A DNA stretch of 38,086 bases from Welwitschia mirabilis (GCA_051453625.1 JBOZIK010000001.1:15064432-15102517); one strand, 5' to 3'. Numbered from the stretch's first letter, positions 11,587-24,250 are shown. The notes: a model not told the origin generated them from the sequence alone. Made by a program: numbers and translations.

Positions 11587-12499
11587 CTTTGTTAAATTAG
11601 TAAACCTAAGAAAGAAGATATTTGTAGATTTATAAGGAAAGAAGAAAATGTTAACTTGAATCCAGTGCCTTATAGAGGTAATATCTGATTTATTTATAAT
11701 TAAACATCATTATGATAATGGAAAATATAACTAATGTAGAGAGATCTTTAAAGAAATATTTGATTTTTGTTCTAGATCTTAACAATATACTAGTGGTATT
11801 TTCATTTTGGAATATCAATCTAATGGAATTATCACATAATATATTAAAAGCAACATGANNNNNNNNNNCTTAAAAGTTGAGCTTTTTTTATACATATTTA
11901 ATTTGCTTTTTTCTTTAGCAATAGCATAATTCTATAAATCCTTACTATTAGCTTCAAAAAAAAAAGGGAATTCCTAATAACTTAAATATTATGATTTTGT
12001 CTAAAATTATCCAATTCTTGTACAAAATCTAATATCTAACATTATTGTTGTAATAAATAGGAGATTTTAATAGTTTATATGAGATCTAGAGTGCTTGTAA
12101 TATTCATTAGCATAATCTAATAGTGTACTAATGNNNNNNNNNNNNNNNNNNNNNNNNNNNNNNNNNNNATAAAAAATGAATCTCTATGTTTATGGTTTTT
12201 CATAAATGATGGATTAGTTCAAATTTCATGTGATAATAAATGACTTGGTTAGGTTTGATATCATTTTAATAGCGGATTTTGGATTAAATTAGAGCGAATT
12301 TAATTGAATTCGACTATTTTAGTTTGATGGAATTTGATTTTTTGGACAAGTTAATGTAGACTAAGTTTGATTGTTTTTGTTTAACTAAATTTGACTAAGT
12401 TTGATAGTTTAATTGGGTTTAACAGTTTGGTTGAATTGGATAGTTTGACTATTTTTGGTTTGACTAAGTTTGATGCCCTTTTAACTTTAGTTTTGTGCA

Positions 12500-15400
12500 G
12501 TATTATTAGATAATGATATCAATATCGAATTATCTCAAGCTTGGAATACATCACACAAATGAAAAAATTTTTATGGCTATTTATGAGATGGGGATTAATG
12601 ATCTGCATAAAAATTTTAAACACTTGGTAGGCCATGGTTAACTTACTAAAGTAAGAGTTTGTACACTATCATAATTCAATGATTTTAAAAATAAGTAGTC
12701 TTAGGAACTTTATAAAAATATTAATTTGTAAACGTGAGAAGGAATGATGACTATTATCTCTGAAAAACATAAACATGCTTAGATTAAACTTCCAATGTCA
12801 TAGTCAATTTATTCATTTATTCTAAAGAAAAGTTACTTAAACAAACAACATTTAGTAAAAGATGTTGTTCATTCACTCCAAAGGAAAATTATGTAATAAA
12901 ATAATAGTTACTAAAAGGTTTAAAAATTTTACTGATCCCTAAAAAAAGAATTTCTAATGTTTTGTCATCTCCTTTCTTTTGTTTTTTTAAAGTGTTAGAG
13001 GATAAGTAAGACTAATATTATCCATTAGCTATACAAATGAATCCTCAATAATAATGCCTATAACAATAAAAGTTTCTTTTTTTATTAGAAAATATATAAG
13101 CCTAAAAGACTAGAGTCTATGTATTTATCTTGTATTTAATTATTTAAACTAATATTAGAATTCAACATAAAGTGATAATGTCTAAACTAGACTTACAAAC
13201 AAAATTCTTGCAGAATCGTAAAGAATGACTAAAGATGTAGTACTTCTCAAAGCATTGAATTAGGTCATTTGAGAAGCTTTTATAAAATAATATATTTTAA
13301 TAAAATAGCAAAGTTTCACCACATAAAGTAAAATTTTAAATCATAATGATGAGGGGAAAAGAACCTGTAACTTCGAAATAGTATTTACCTTGTAAAACAT
13401 GTGTTTCATAGGGATGTTGAAGACTAAAATTCAAAGATGTGATAGTGAACCATTTCATTTCCTATCATGGCATTACTATATAGTGACTTATTACCTTTGC
13501 TACTGCCTGATTAGTCTTCTTCTTATGATGATCATCTTTTCTTATTTGCATTGTAACCTTTCTATCCATTGGTTGCTGTCCTTTTCCTTTGTGTCTCAGA
13601 ATGCTTCCACATTTTTCTTAGCACTACACTTGGGAATATCTCTTCTATAATATCACTTTGCATTAATACTATTAATGGTCCTCTACCTTTAATTGACCCT
13701 ATGTTTACAATGTCTTTATAGCATCATCTTTTTCAACAACTGCTTTATGTTTTCACCATTTAAATGTAGACTATCTTATGTCTCTTTTCTAAATCCTTTG
13801 ATCTATTGGTTATGCGATCTTTTTTTAGCTACATGTGAACTATAACTTGTCTTCTTTTTAAGGTTTCTTTGTTTTCTAGGCACTTACCTAATACCATCTC
13901 TACTTCTATGGATAATGTCCTTCTTTATCCTATACACCCTTTTTGTTTTTTAATCACTATTAACTTTTCTTTTAATGTAGACCATCTTCTCCATTGCCTT
14001 CATCTACTGGCTGCCACCCTGTAACATTATTTTTTTGATTCAGCTGTCATTTCTTAAATTCCACCATTGGAAAGGAATAACATAGCTTCTTATGAAGTAA
14101 TTAGTAATATTATTAATGGATAACATAACTGTTCCCCTTTTGATGTGGGATGAATTAATAGAAGCCTCATATCAAAACAACATATGAACACATGCCTAAC
14201 TTACTTTTATTTTACTTTTTCCTCCCTTTTTTAATATATGTTTTTTTCTTTTTTTTTACTTTTCTCTTTTATTTTCTTAATTTTTTCTATTTTTTAAATT
14301 TTTTCCTTATTATTATTATTATTATTATTTTTTACTTTTATAATAATAAAGTAAATGTAATGAACAAGAGGGATGTCCAATGGAAAAATGTAGAAGAATA
14401 GGGATGTGGCTAGTGATGTAACTTGGCAAGTTGGAAAGGATAAATGTAAAAAATGGGAAACAACAGAGATAAATGACATCTAACCATAATTATGAAAATG
14501 GGCAAGGATAGATTAGGGTATGGGAGAGTGGTAAGTAAAGTGAAGGGGATGAGAGGTGATGACAATGAGAAATCGATGATTGTGACGTCACAAGGCTATG
14601 AAGTAAGATGATGGAAGGGGATAGGTACTAAAAGATAATAAGTTAACCAAAACGTGGGGCCAGTATCAAGTAAATAATAGCAAATGCAAAAATGACTTTT
14701 AAGTAATTCATTAATATACTAAGAAAATATCAAGAATAAACAAAAAATGGCATCAAAAAGATTAATTTTACACCTTTAAATGTCAATCTAGAAAAGTTTA
14801 TTGGTATAAGCCATAAATGTTGTTTAACATCGTGAATCATGTGATTCAATGCTAAACACCATAGAGTATCATATTATAAGGGTGATGGTTATGACAAGGT
14901 TTATGATTATCCTATGGATAATCAATCTAATGCCAAGAGTATAAATTAATCCAATCATCAACTATAATAGCTAATGAGATATTAACAAATTACTATCTAA
15001 TAATCAATATGTTTTAAATGCTTGTGAAGTTATAGCTTTAGAGTTATGGAAAATTAAATTAGTGGTGTATTTAGAGAACACTATCCATTATGATAAGGGA
15101 AGTGAGGATCCACAAGACAAAGCCTTATTATAACCAACTAACACCATGGTAAAGTCTCCATAGCTACTATATCACACTGTCAAAGTTTCCTCTTTGAAAT
15201 ATTTTCCCCCGTATATTTGTGATAGGAAATCATTTTTTCCTCTTTTTGGAGTATTGATCAAATGATTTAGAATATCCTTTTTTTGGCTTGAAATATTAAT
15301 TGATAATTAGCATGATAAATTATAAGACTCATGGTTAAAGACAAGCATAAAATTTGATATCATTGATACTGAGATAGAAGAACATAAAACACTGGAGGTC

Positions 15401-15700
15401 ATAGATATGAAAATGTTCTAAGATTGATGAAATCCAATATTATCATCATAAATGCCATAAAATATGGAAACTACTTTTATGAATACTCTAATAAGTTTAA
15501 CATGAGATCAAATAAATATATAATCAAACAAATAAAAAAAAAATGACATAACCAAGGATCCTACTAAGGAGTTATGTAAAAAAAGATAAAGGAAAGGCTC
15601 ATCTCTTGATGAAGAGGGTTTTTTTACTCAATTGCTTCTATCATTCTAAGATTGTATTGATAATTATTAATGTAATCTCAATTGTTATTCTTTGATCCTA
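12500..15700 (+). mobile_element. Possible very old hAT-like DNA transposon remnants
   Basis: Only short weak peptide echoes: PLAIQMNPQY (~13022, cf. PLHxAxYxLNPxY), GDGYDKVYDYPMDN (~14881, cf. DGWTDxxxRPLIN), ISEKHKH..IKLP (~12755). No TIRs or TSD found. Confidence 0.22.
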
Positions 15701-16498
15701 AGTTTTTATTAGCATATAAACTAAGAAAGTTAACAAATTTACTTAACACACGCTCCTCTGTAAGATGAGGACATAGACACTTAAAAGTTAACTTATTAAA
15801 GAGATGTACCCAATGGTTATAATAATATAAACTAATTAGATGAAATATAGAAGAAAAATATGAAAGAAAAGTTTAGAAATATTAAAAAAAGACTTTAAAA
15901 TAATATATGTTTTTATTGAAAACAAAATAAAAAATGAAATATTTAGGAAATGTGACATGGATGTGGCCAATAGGATAACATGATGGATATGAGTGGAATG
16001 GAGTAAATGGGGTAATGACAATGGATGAAGAATGTAACAAGATTCACGACAGAAGGAAGATGTATCTATTAATGTATAGTGGGAGGATAATGATTATGGT
16101 ATATGTCTAGTGGAATGATGATGATGATGGTATATGAGTACATAAAATAGAAACACAAATGTAAGAATGTGAATTATGATAGGAAAAGGATCAGGTGTGT
16201 CATAGAATGGGTCAATGTGGTATATGTTATCATCATTATCTTCTACTTGTGGAGCCTCATCAAGTAGAATTTCAATCACAAAAATATTAGGATTATGACA
16301 GATGAAGTGACTCCTATCATGTATGCCTAGAAAATAGCCTCCTTTGACCTCTTTCATGTGTGTCTAGCATATAATCTCATTTGTCTTAAACATAAAGATA
16401 TGCAACACACATCTTTTTTATGATCTGAGAAACACAAAAATGAAAAATAAAACATGATGTCTATGTGATGTATGAAAAAAAACAATGTTATCTTTCAT

Positions 16499-17392
16499 TA
16501 ATGGGTGGCTTATATGATAAAGTAAATATAGAAAGTATTATAAGATAATATCAGAAACTATAAAATAATGTTGAGAAAATGTAGAAACTATGCTACTGCT
16601 AACCTAAAACAAGTACACATGATTAAATAAAAATACATCAAGCTAGTTAAGAAACTATTCAGGTTATTCACTGAAGCTTTAATTAATATGTCCATATATT
16701 ACACCAAGGGGGAATAATGAAATAAATAAAACATACTAGAAGTTAAACAGACTACTGAGTAATGCTTATTTCTAAGTACTAGAATTATTCTAGTTTATGT
16801 TTAGCTACATAAATAGGAGTAAGATAGAAGTAATATTAGTTTTTCAAGTAATAAAGTATGCATACAATGATACGTAAATGCTTTTTAGCTTTATATTAAA
16901 CTACCAATTATTACATAAAGATGAGCTAACAATTGTGTTCTCCTTTGTAGATAACACTACAAAGTATGAAAAGATGCTATTAACACCTTTGTAGTCTATC
17001 TAAAGTTTCCTAACTTAACTTTATTAACTTTTCTATTTCTAAAACCTTTTTGTCAAAATGATTTCCACCTTTGGTAATGATCACATTCTTATAGCCTTAT
17101 TAATTTTTCTATTTCCATTATTTTCTCCTAAGGATTAGGTATATAATAGGGGTTTTTATGCCAATTCACTACCTTAACCTTCTCTCTCATCTTCATGCCA
17201 CTTGATAACTTGTACCTGAAGCACGATAATGAAATATATACAAACTAATCTACTAACATACTAACTAACTAGACTATTAATTAGTGAGGATAAAGATAGA
17301 TAAAATCATCTATTTACTAATAAAGTACATAATTGAGATAATGAAAAACACTTCATTAATAATCAAGATATACATAAAATTCATCCTCATGA
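16499..17392 (-). repeat. 3' LTR of the Athila-like element
   Basis: TAATGGGTGGCTTATATGATAAA...TTCATCCTCATGA is colinear with 31284-32248, which is ~70 bp longer. Confidence 0.9.
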
Positions 17393-17405
17393 GTTCCTCC
17401 AAGCT
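17393..17405 (-). promoter_or_regulatory. Degenerate polypurine tract
   Basis: Minus strand AGCTTGGAGGAAC abuts the LTR and resembles the AAGYTTGGGGG-type PPT of non-chromoviruses. Confidence 0.6.
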
Positions 17406-17504
17406 CAGATTTTTGTTAGTCTTGTAACAAATAAAGTATTTATAAGAGAGAAAAATGGAGAACTTATTATTTCCATTTCATTATTTTAAAAATAAAAGAG
17501 TACT

Positions 17505-20080
17505 CCTTACCAGATTATGACTCTTTTCTTTGTCTAGTCAGCTAAGCAGATTGTTTTACATTTTCTAATGCTTTTAAGATTTTTCTTTGGTCCTTCTAAA
17601 GAGCAGGATCATTTAAATCTATGATCTCCATTTCTACCTACTCTAGAGTTACTTTTCTAACCTAGCCTTTACCTCATGAGGAGCTCTTGGCTTGGTTGGT
17701 TCTTCTCTTTTTCTCTTAGGAGCTGATGGGGGTTTTGTTTTGGGACTTTAGGGTACATGTTCTATTTTTAGAGTTGTTTAACTTGTGGTATTAATATTCA
17801 AGTTTATCTGAGATGAACTACATACATCTCAAATGAATCTTTATTCTCTGATTTTGAAAAAAATAACTACAAATTTTCCTCTTAGCATAATCATGTTCTA
17901 AACTATTTGATCTCTAAGAGAACATAACTGTTGAAAATCCTGAGAGGACATAATAAAAACTTTGATTTGTGATTTAAACTCTTCCAAGATCTTGTAAAAT
18001 TTTGTTTTAATATTATTTAAAAAATATTTGAGTTCTTTTATAAAAGCTTCCATTCCCTTCTAAACAATTTCAATTTACAATGCTTTATTATCTCTTTTGA
18101 AATTATCAAAAATGTACATTAGCTTTAATCATTCCTTAGATGTTTTATCAATAAAAATCTCTAAATGCTCTTAAAATCTATTAATAAAATTATATAGCTT
18201 CTAGAGGTAATAGTCAAGCCTATGTATCATATCCAATTATTTATGCCTAAACCAAATTTGCTTACCCAAATTTATTTCCATGAGATAAAGCTCATGAAGC
18301 AATCTTATGTTCTCTTTCTCCAAACTTTGAATGATGACTTGAGTAGACTCAGGGCTTATTAATCAAAAATATTTCTTTAACTCTAATGAGATTCTCTTAT
18401 AGTATTAATAATAATTAACTTTATTCTATCTTCTATCTTACAAGACAGAGTTAAATAAGTAGAATAGGTTCTCTAGATTGAACTTATTACTCTTTTGATT
18501 TCCTTCTTTATTTTCAAAAGAAATTATTTTATTAAAGAATCAAGTGGAGGCTGACTAGAGGATCTTTTCTCTTCCATTCAATTCTTGAAAGCCTTCTTTT
18601 TTGCTAATTGNNNNNNNNNNTCCTATTTACTCCCAGGAGGGATAGATACTATCTCAAAGAATTTTAGGCTTCAAGACATTTTTGCCTGTATTCTTAGGCC
18701 TCTACAGAAATTTCATAAATTTCTCATTGATTTCCTATAGGTTTGCATAAATTTTATTTGAAAATTTCCTATTAGGGATTGAGGCCCTTCATTGTGCATA
18801 AAGGCAATAAATTTTTGTTGATGCTCAAAATATTTAGCATCATACTTTTTACTTAAAGCTAAATTTTGTAATAGGAATACTAACATGTCTGGCTTTTCTC
18901 TTGGAAAATTTTCAAATTCTCCCCTATCTTCATCAACTAACTAAAATTTAGCAATGTGTTCATAAGTTCTCTGTAATTTCCTACTTACTTCTTTAAATAA
19001 TTTAAAGAACTAAATATTTTCTTCATAGCTGGAGANNNNNNNNCATATCTATTCATTATTCTCTTTTTCTTGATCCAATTTCTATCTTAAGAATTTATTT
19101 TCAACTTTTAGATTACCAACTTGATCTTGAAATGCTAAAACTTCTTTTTTTTTTTTCCTAGATGAGTTTATCTCTTACTAAATTCAAAGCACTATAGAGG
19201 CTTGCGCTTTAGAGAATTGATCAGACTAAAATGGATGAAAAGGAAAAAGGTATTTAAATGTAAATTAGATTGGGTACTACGATAAGCTTGAGAAGGACAA
19301 TATTGAAACTAGACTTTGGGGAGTAGAAAAATATTCCCTTGGGATTAGGTGAACTATCTTATGTTTTGGAGCAGTTAGAGAACTTAACTCCTTAACCCCA
19401 GATAAACTTTAAATAGAAACTCTAACATAAGATTTATTTAATCAAAATGGAACTTTATTTTTACTCAAAATTTGGGTTATTAGAGAAGTAAATCCAATCC
19501 CTACTATTCTCGAAGTTCTAATTCCAACTTTACTTAATTTTGTAATATGCCTCACTAACCCTAAAGAATTTCTTCTGCAAAATTCACACTGGAGTGGTTC
19601 ATCCTATCCTTTATTGCTTCAATCATATATAAACCATGTAATATAATATCCTTTTATTTATGAAGAATAGATATTAAATGACCATCTACAATTTTGGAAG
19701 TAATGAAGAATTTAGCCCTATCTCCTTATGGACTAGTATTCTTCCTTGGACTACCACCAATTCTAGAAGATTTATACTTAGACTTGTATCTTCTTTTCTA
19801 CTAGTATCATATATGGACTTCCATCTGAGTGATAGGTGCAAAATTTCTCTCATGTATTCTTAGGTAATTACTATCTTCTAGTTTCTCATAGTGGTTTCTA
19901 GTAAAGTTGTAGCATTATTGATTTCAAATTTTTGTAAAATTCATATATAGATTCCAAAGAGAATTTGTTATTCAAGGTAAGCCATTCATACCATCCTACC
20001 TTAATAATACTTTATTGAAATTCCATCAAGCAGGGGTCTAAAAGGACTTGAATGAAATTTAATGTCAAAATGATCCTGCA
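17505..20080 (-). pseudogene. Decayed extra sense ORF (Athila env-like / putative plant transposon protein domain) with a coiled-coil C-terminal part
   Basis: Minus-strand peptides VGWYEWLTLNNKFSLESIYEFYKNL (~20000-19925), LETTMRN*KIVIT*EYMREILHL, LYMIEAIKDRMNHSSVNFAEEIL, GIGFTSLITQILSKNKVP (~19500-19450) and EVLAFQDQVGNLKVENKFLR*KLDQEKENNE (~19145-19053). Several frameshifts. Ends are approximate. Confidence 0.7.
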
Positions 20081-20629
20081 TTCTATAAAAAAATATACCA
20101 TAGTTGGAGTTAAGTAAGGACAAATTTATATGAAAGCAAAATTATTGCAATGGAGAATATTTAGAAATAGCTTATTGAGTAAAACATGCTTCCTATACAT
20201 ATAAAATATTATTTAGCTAGATGTCAAAGCTTTGCATGTATTAAATCCATTCAACTCTTTCCCTTAAGTGAAGTTTAGTATACTTTGGAATGCTTAAAGT
20301 ATAGTATTAAATACACCTAAAATTTTTACTTTAAGGTATTTTCCATTGTTAAGAAGATCAAAAAAAGGAAAATAGCTAAACACAATAAGGTAAAAATGCT
20401 AGATGAAAGTAGAAATTACTAACCTATTTTTCACTTTAAGTAGATAAAACTCATGCTTACTATTATATTTAATACACATGTTTGAGTAGTAAACGAGAAA
20501 TTGTACCATTAAAAAAAAATAGATACAACTAAAACTTTTCACATCTTTTTGATGTTGAAAAAATTTAAATGCCAATTTGAGAAGGTGAAAATTCAAAAAT
20601 TTGCTGAGTTAGAATTGAAATTCTAGTTG

Positions 20630-21577
20630 ATACAATGTGAAGTTGACATTGTAATGGGGATCGTCAAAAATGGAGATGAATCATTAAGAATGATTTTAAG
20701 TAAAATGATGAGATAATTAGAAGACATAATTAAGTGGTGGTTATTCTCCATAGTACTATATTTGACAAAAGTTATTAAGGACTCATGTGTTCTTCACAAG
20801 AGCTCTCAAACCCATTATGGAGGTGATCAAAAGAGTTTAAAGGCGGTCATCGAGAACTCACAAGTTCTACATGGGATTCTTCAAATTCTTACTATTATTA
20901 TTATGAAGTTAAGTGTAAATGAAAAAGTAGAGTCTCGTATCAAAGTCATAGAGAGAAGTTGAGGGGGGTTGTTAAGAATAAGACCTTCCTCTTACAAAAG
21001 TAAGTTTGAAGGATTAAAGTTAACTTGAAATCTAGTCTAAATCATTGGCTTTGAACTAGTGTCAGTTAACTTCCATAACTTACATGTCAAGGATTAGGCT
21101 TAAAATTTGATTTGAAGTTTTAACTTTAGATTGATATCAATCAACTAGGTGTTTCTTTTCTTTTAATCATAGGATGAAGAAATACTTATATTAACTTGAA
21201 ATCCAATTTAAAGCTTTAAATTGAAGTTGGTATTAGTCAATTGCATGATACTTATTTGAATGTAGAATTTTAGAGCAAAGAAGATGAATAATTTGGTACG
21301 AAGTCTAACTCAAAGTTTTCGTGTTAACTAAAAGATTTAAGTTTTGAATGATTAATCTGGAATATAATATAAAGTTTTAGCCTTAAATTGGTGTTAGTCA
21401 ACCAAATGATCTCCCTTATTATGTTGGTTTTAAAGTTTAACTTACAATCTAATTCTACTATAAAAAACATTTGTAACTTTTCTTTCATATCCTTTCTTAA
21501 AGAAAAATAAAATAAAGTATTTTTTTTAGTTACTAGATATAAATCAAAAATTTTCTTTTGATTAAAAAACATTGACA
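20630..21577 (+). mobile_element. Probable inserted 3' fragment of another LTR element (PPT plus LTR start)
   Basis: AAGTTGAGGGGGGT|TGTTAAGA at 20956-20977 is a copia-type PPT/LTR junction, followed by degenerate internal repeats (TAACTTGAAATC at ~21021 and ~21192). Outer boundaries are guesses. Confidence 0.45.
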
Positions 21578-21999
21578 GGGTTTGTGGTAATTATTTAATG
21601 ATGTAGTTTATAATAGAAGATTTGATGAGTCCTTGTAGTAGCATATAGCTTAGAAAATTCAAATTAATCATAAATCAATCCAAAGTTCCAATTTTAGATT
21701 GAATCTTAATCATTTTAAGATCCCTTAATTTCAAACATGCTTAAAGATAGATGCTGATGCTTGACACACTTCAATTTGTTGGAAAAATATGTATATCACT
21801 TTTATCGAATCTTTCACTTTATAATCAAATATGTGTACACTAGGTAACTTACTTGAATTATACTTATTAGATAAGAGGGTAATATTTGTGCTTTAAATTT
21901 TATTTCTTATATACTAAACATCTATTACTATTTACTTATGCTTAAGAATTTCTTTACCTAGTCACCTTACACTTTTTGTTTTTTTTCTTCATTAATCTC

Positions 22000-22665
22000 T
22001 ATGCTTACACTCCTCCTTCTTCTCCTATTATTGCCTTTGGCATAAAGAAGGTGAAGCGTTACTTATTCAACCTAGATTCTACACAAATAGACATGTGCAT
22101 TAGCACTATAGATCCCTAGTCACCTCAAGTCTCTATTAGGTCTGAAAATGTAGTAAAACAAATTTCTTACTATGATTAAAATTTAACTACTAAGGTTTTA
22201 GATGCCTTGGATTCCTTTATCATTAAGGTTAGTTAAGACCATTTTGAAAGTGATTTCATTCCTTTAAGATTTGATCCTTTGATTCATCACTTAGTGAGTG
22301 AGTATCTAAGGTTGAGGACTAAAGAATTACATCGATATCTCAATTATGGGGAATCAACTTGTAACATTTCTTTGGGTTATCTAGCTAGACAAATGTAGGT
22401 GTTGGAGAATAAAGTCGATCAACTTTAGGGCATCAACCCTATCCTAGGCCTTGCTACACTAAGTTTTGATAAGAAAAATATAGAGAGGATAATATGGAAT
22501 GTTAAAACTTATCAAAACTTTTGGTTAGCCCACCCAGAGAAAATTAATATGCTAATTGAATCTCTAAGTAATCTATTTCCCTTGGATGAGAATTCTATAG
22601 GGTTAACATCAAAGACTAGGCATTCTCACAGGAGGAGTAAATTTTCTAGTCACTTTAAGAAGTGA
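22000..22665 (+). pseudogene. Decayed ~221-codon ORF of unknown function, antisense to gag-pol of the Athila-like element
   Basis: Single frame with only 5 internal stops, all TAA/TAG. A second diverged copy of the C-terminus (24937-25122) keeps the frame, differs by an in-frame 6 nt indel and stops at the equivalent codon. AATAAA at 22755-22760. Confidence 0.68.
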
Positions 22666-23436
22666 GTTGTCTAAATTAAGAAGTAGTCTATTTAATAATT
22701 TAAAAAGTGTTTCTACTTTTATTTCTACAAATGGATGTAATATCTGCCTTGCTTAATAAAGTTTTTGATTATTACTTTATTTTTAATTTATTATGGATAC
22801 ATATCTTCTATTAAAGGAAATTTAAACTAAATAATTCATCAAATTGTTAAGATCATGCAAATTAATTCTAAAACTTCAAAGTTTTCTCTTATCTTAATTG
22901 GAATTTAAATATTATGCATGCTATGGAATTGAAAATATTTGGATACATGTTTCATCATAGACTAGAATATTTTCTTCTAGTTTCTTTTCTTTTCTAATCT
23001 CTTGTTATGATAAGGTTCTAGTTTTAATAACTAGTTTTGTCTCAAATGACTCCTACAGCACAATTGTTCCTCTACTTTTCATTCTTCACAACTTAGATTA
23101 ACCATAATGAGGAGAGTGCAACCACTATCAGAGGAGTGAAGACCCATAAGATATATTTATTTCTCTTTTTTGAATTATAAATATATCTAGATCATGACCA
23201 ACTAACCCCTAAGGGGATTTCTCATAGGTACCATATTGCATTGCTAAAGGCCCATCTCAGGAGTATTTACCCTGGTATACTTGCAATAAAACATTATGGT
23301 ACTTCCTTTTTTTTTCAATTTTACTCAAATGATACTTATAAGGTATTTTTTTATGTGATGGAATATGTCTCCTCAATCTTCTTAAGAAAGATAATGTAAA
23401 ATTTCCTGTTAAAGACTTATTGAGTTAACTTCTTAT

Positions 23437-24172
23437 TTTACCAATCACATATGAGTTAGTAGTTCTAGTGTTGGTAATATAAATGAGACTACCAACTATT
23501 ATTTTATATGTAGTTTTATTTGCTAATTTTAAGTGTTCATCAACACCAATTTTTTCATTTTGTTTTAAAGATGTAATAACTTATTTGATATTTTCTAGTT
23601 AAAATTTTTAAATCAAATATCTAGTATATTTTCTTTAAGGTAGAAATATTTCATTTTTCTTTTTCACTTAATTTCTATATCAAGATAGAATCTGGTCAGT
23701 CTTAGACTAGAAATTTTAAATAGTATACTTAAAGTAATATTTACACAATTCACATTTACTTCATTACTACTAGTTATCAATAAGTCATCTACATACATGG
23801 TGTTATATAGGAATCTATCTCTATCATATTTGACAAAAAATGTAACATCTATATCCTGATGGTTACATAGTCTAAATTTAATGGAGCTCAATTACTTGGT
23901 AAGTTTTTCTTATGATGATCTTGAAGCTTTTTTTTTTTTAGCCCATGTCATAACTTAATTAATCTACATACTTCTTGTTTCCTACTTTTATTTTGAAACT
24001 CCTAGGTTGAAGGATATATATTTCTTATTTAAGATCTCCATTAAGGAACGAAGTCTTCATATCTAACTAATGTATTTTTCATCCTTCTAAGCTACTAAAA
24101 CAATAATAGTCCTAATGGTAGCTAGTCTAGATATTAATGAGAATACTTTTTTATAGTTTAATCCTTCCTATC
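23437..24172 (-). pseudogene. Ty1/copia reverse transcriptase fragment
   Basis: EGLNYKKVFS..SRLATIRTII, IH*LDMKTSFLNGDLK*EIYILQP, MYVDDLLITSSN (ORF 23664-23891), IVGSLIYITNTR. No LTRs seen. Confidence 0.88.
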
Positions 24173-24226
24173 CATCACCCTCTTTTAATTCCTCCCTCCA
24201 CATCCCTCCTCTAATCCCCCTCTTTT

Positions 24227-24250
24227 TTCTTCTTCTTCTTCTTCTTCTTC
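24227..24250. repeat. (TTC)8 microsatellite in a pyrimidine tract
   Basis: Direct reading. Confidence 0.9.

Larger units (their letters stand above)
1966..11784 (-). mobile_element. Small non-autonomous LTR retroelement (TRIM-like or internally deleted copia, ~1 kb without the insertion); one LTR is split by the Sirevirus element
   Basis: LTR copy 11590-~11784 (TGTTAAATTAGTAAACC...AATATAACTAATGTAGAGAG-ATCTTTAAAGAAATAT) aligns to 1966-2070 joined to 10859-~10890. Perfect minus-strand PBS at 11575-11586. PPT-like tracts at 10885-10897 and 10937-10944. Flanks GCATA/ATATA. Right boundary uncertain (11769-11784). Confidence 0.72.

Noticed and set aside
12290..12480. Recurrent TTTGACTAAGTTTGA-like motifs
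   Set aside because: Low-complexity degenerate repeats with no regular period or assignable function
13399..16357. Short hydrophobic ORFs and alternating pyrimidine-rich/purine-rich blocks (possible TIRs)
   Set aside because: The ORFs arise from T-rich or (TTA)n low-complexity DNA, and I could not align the blocks as true inverted repeats
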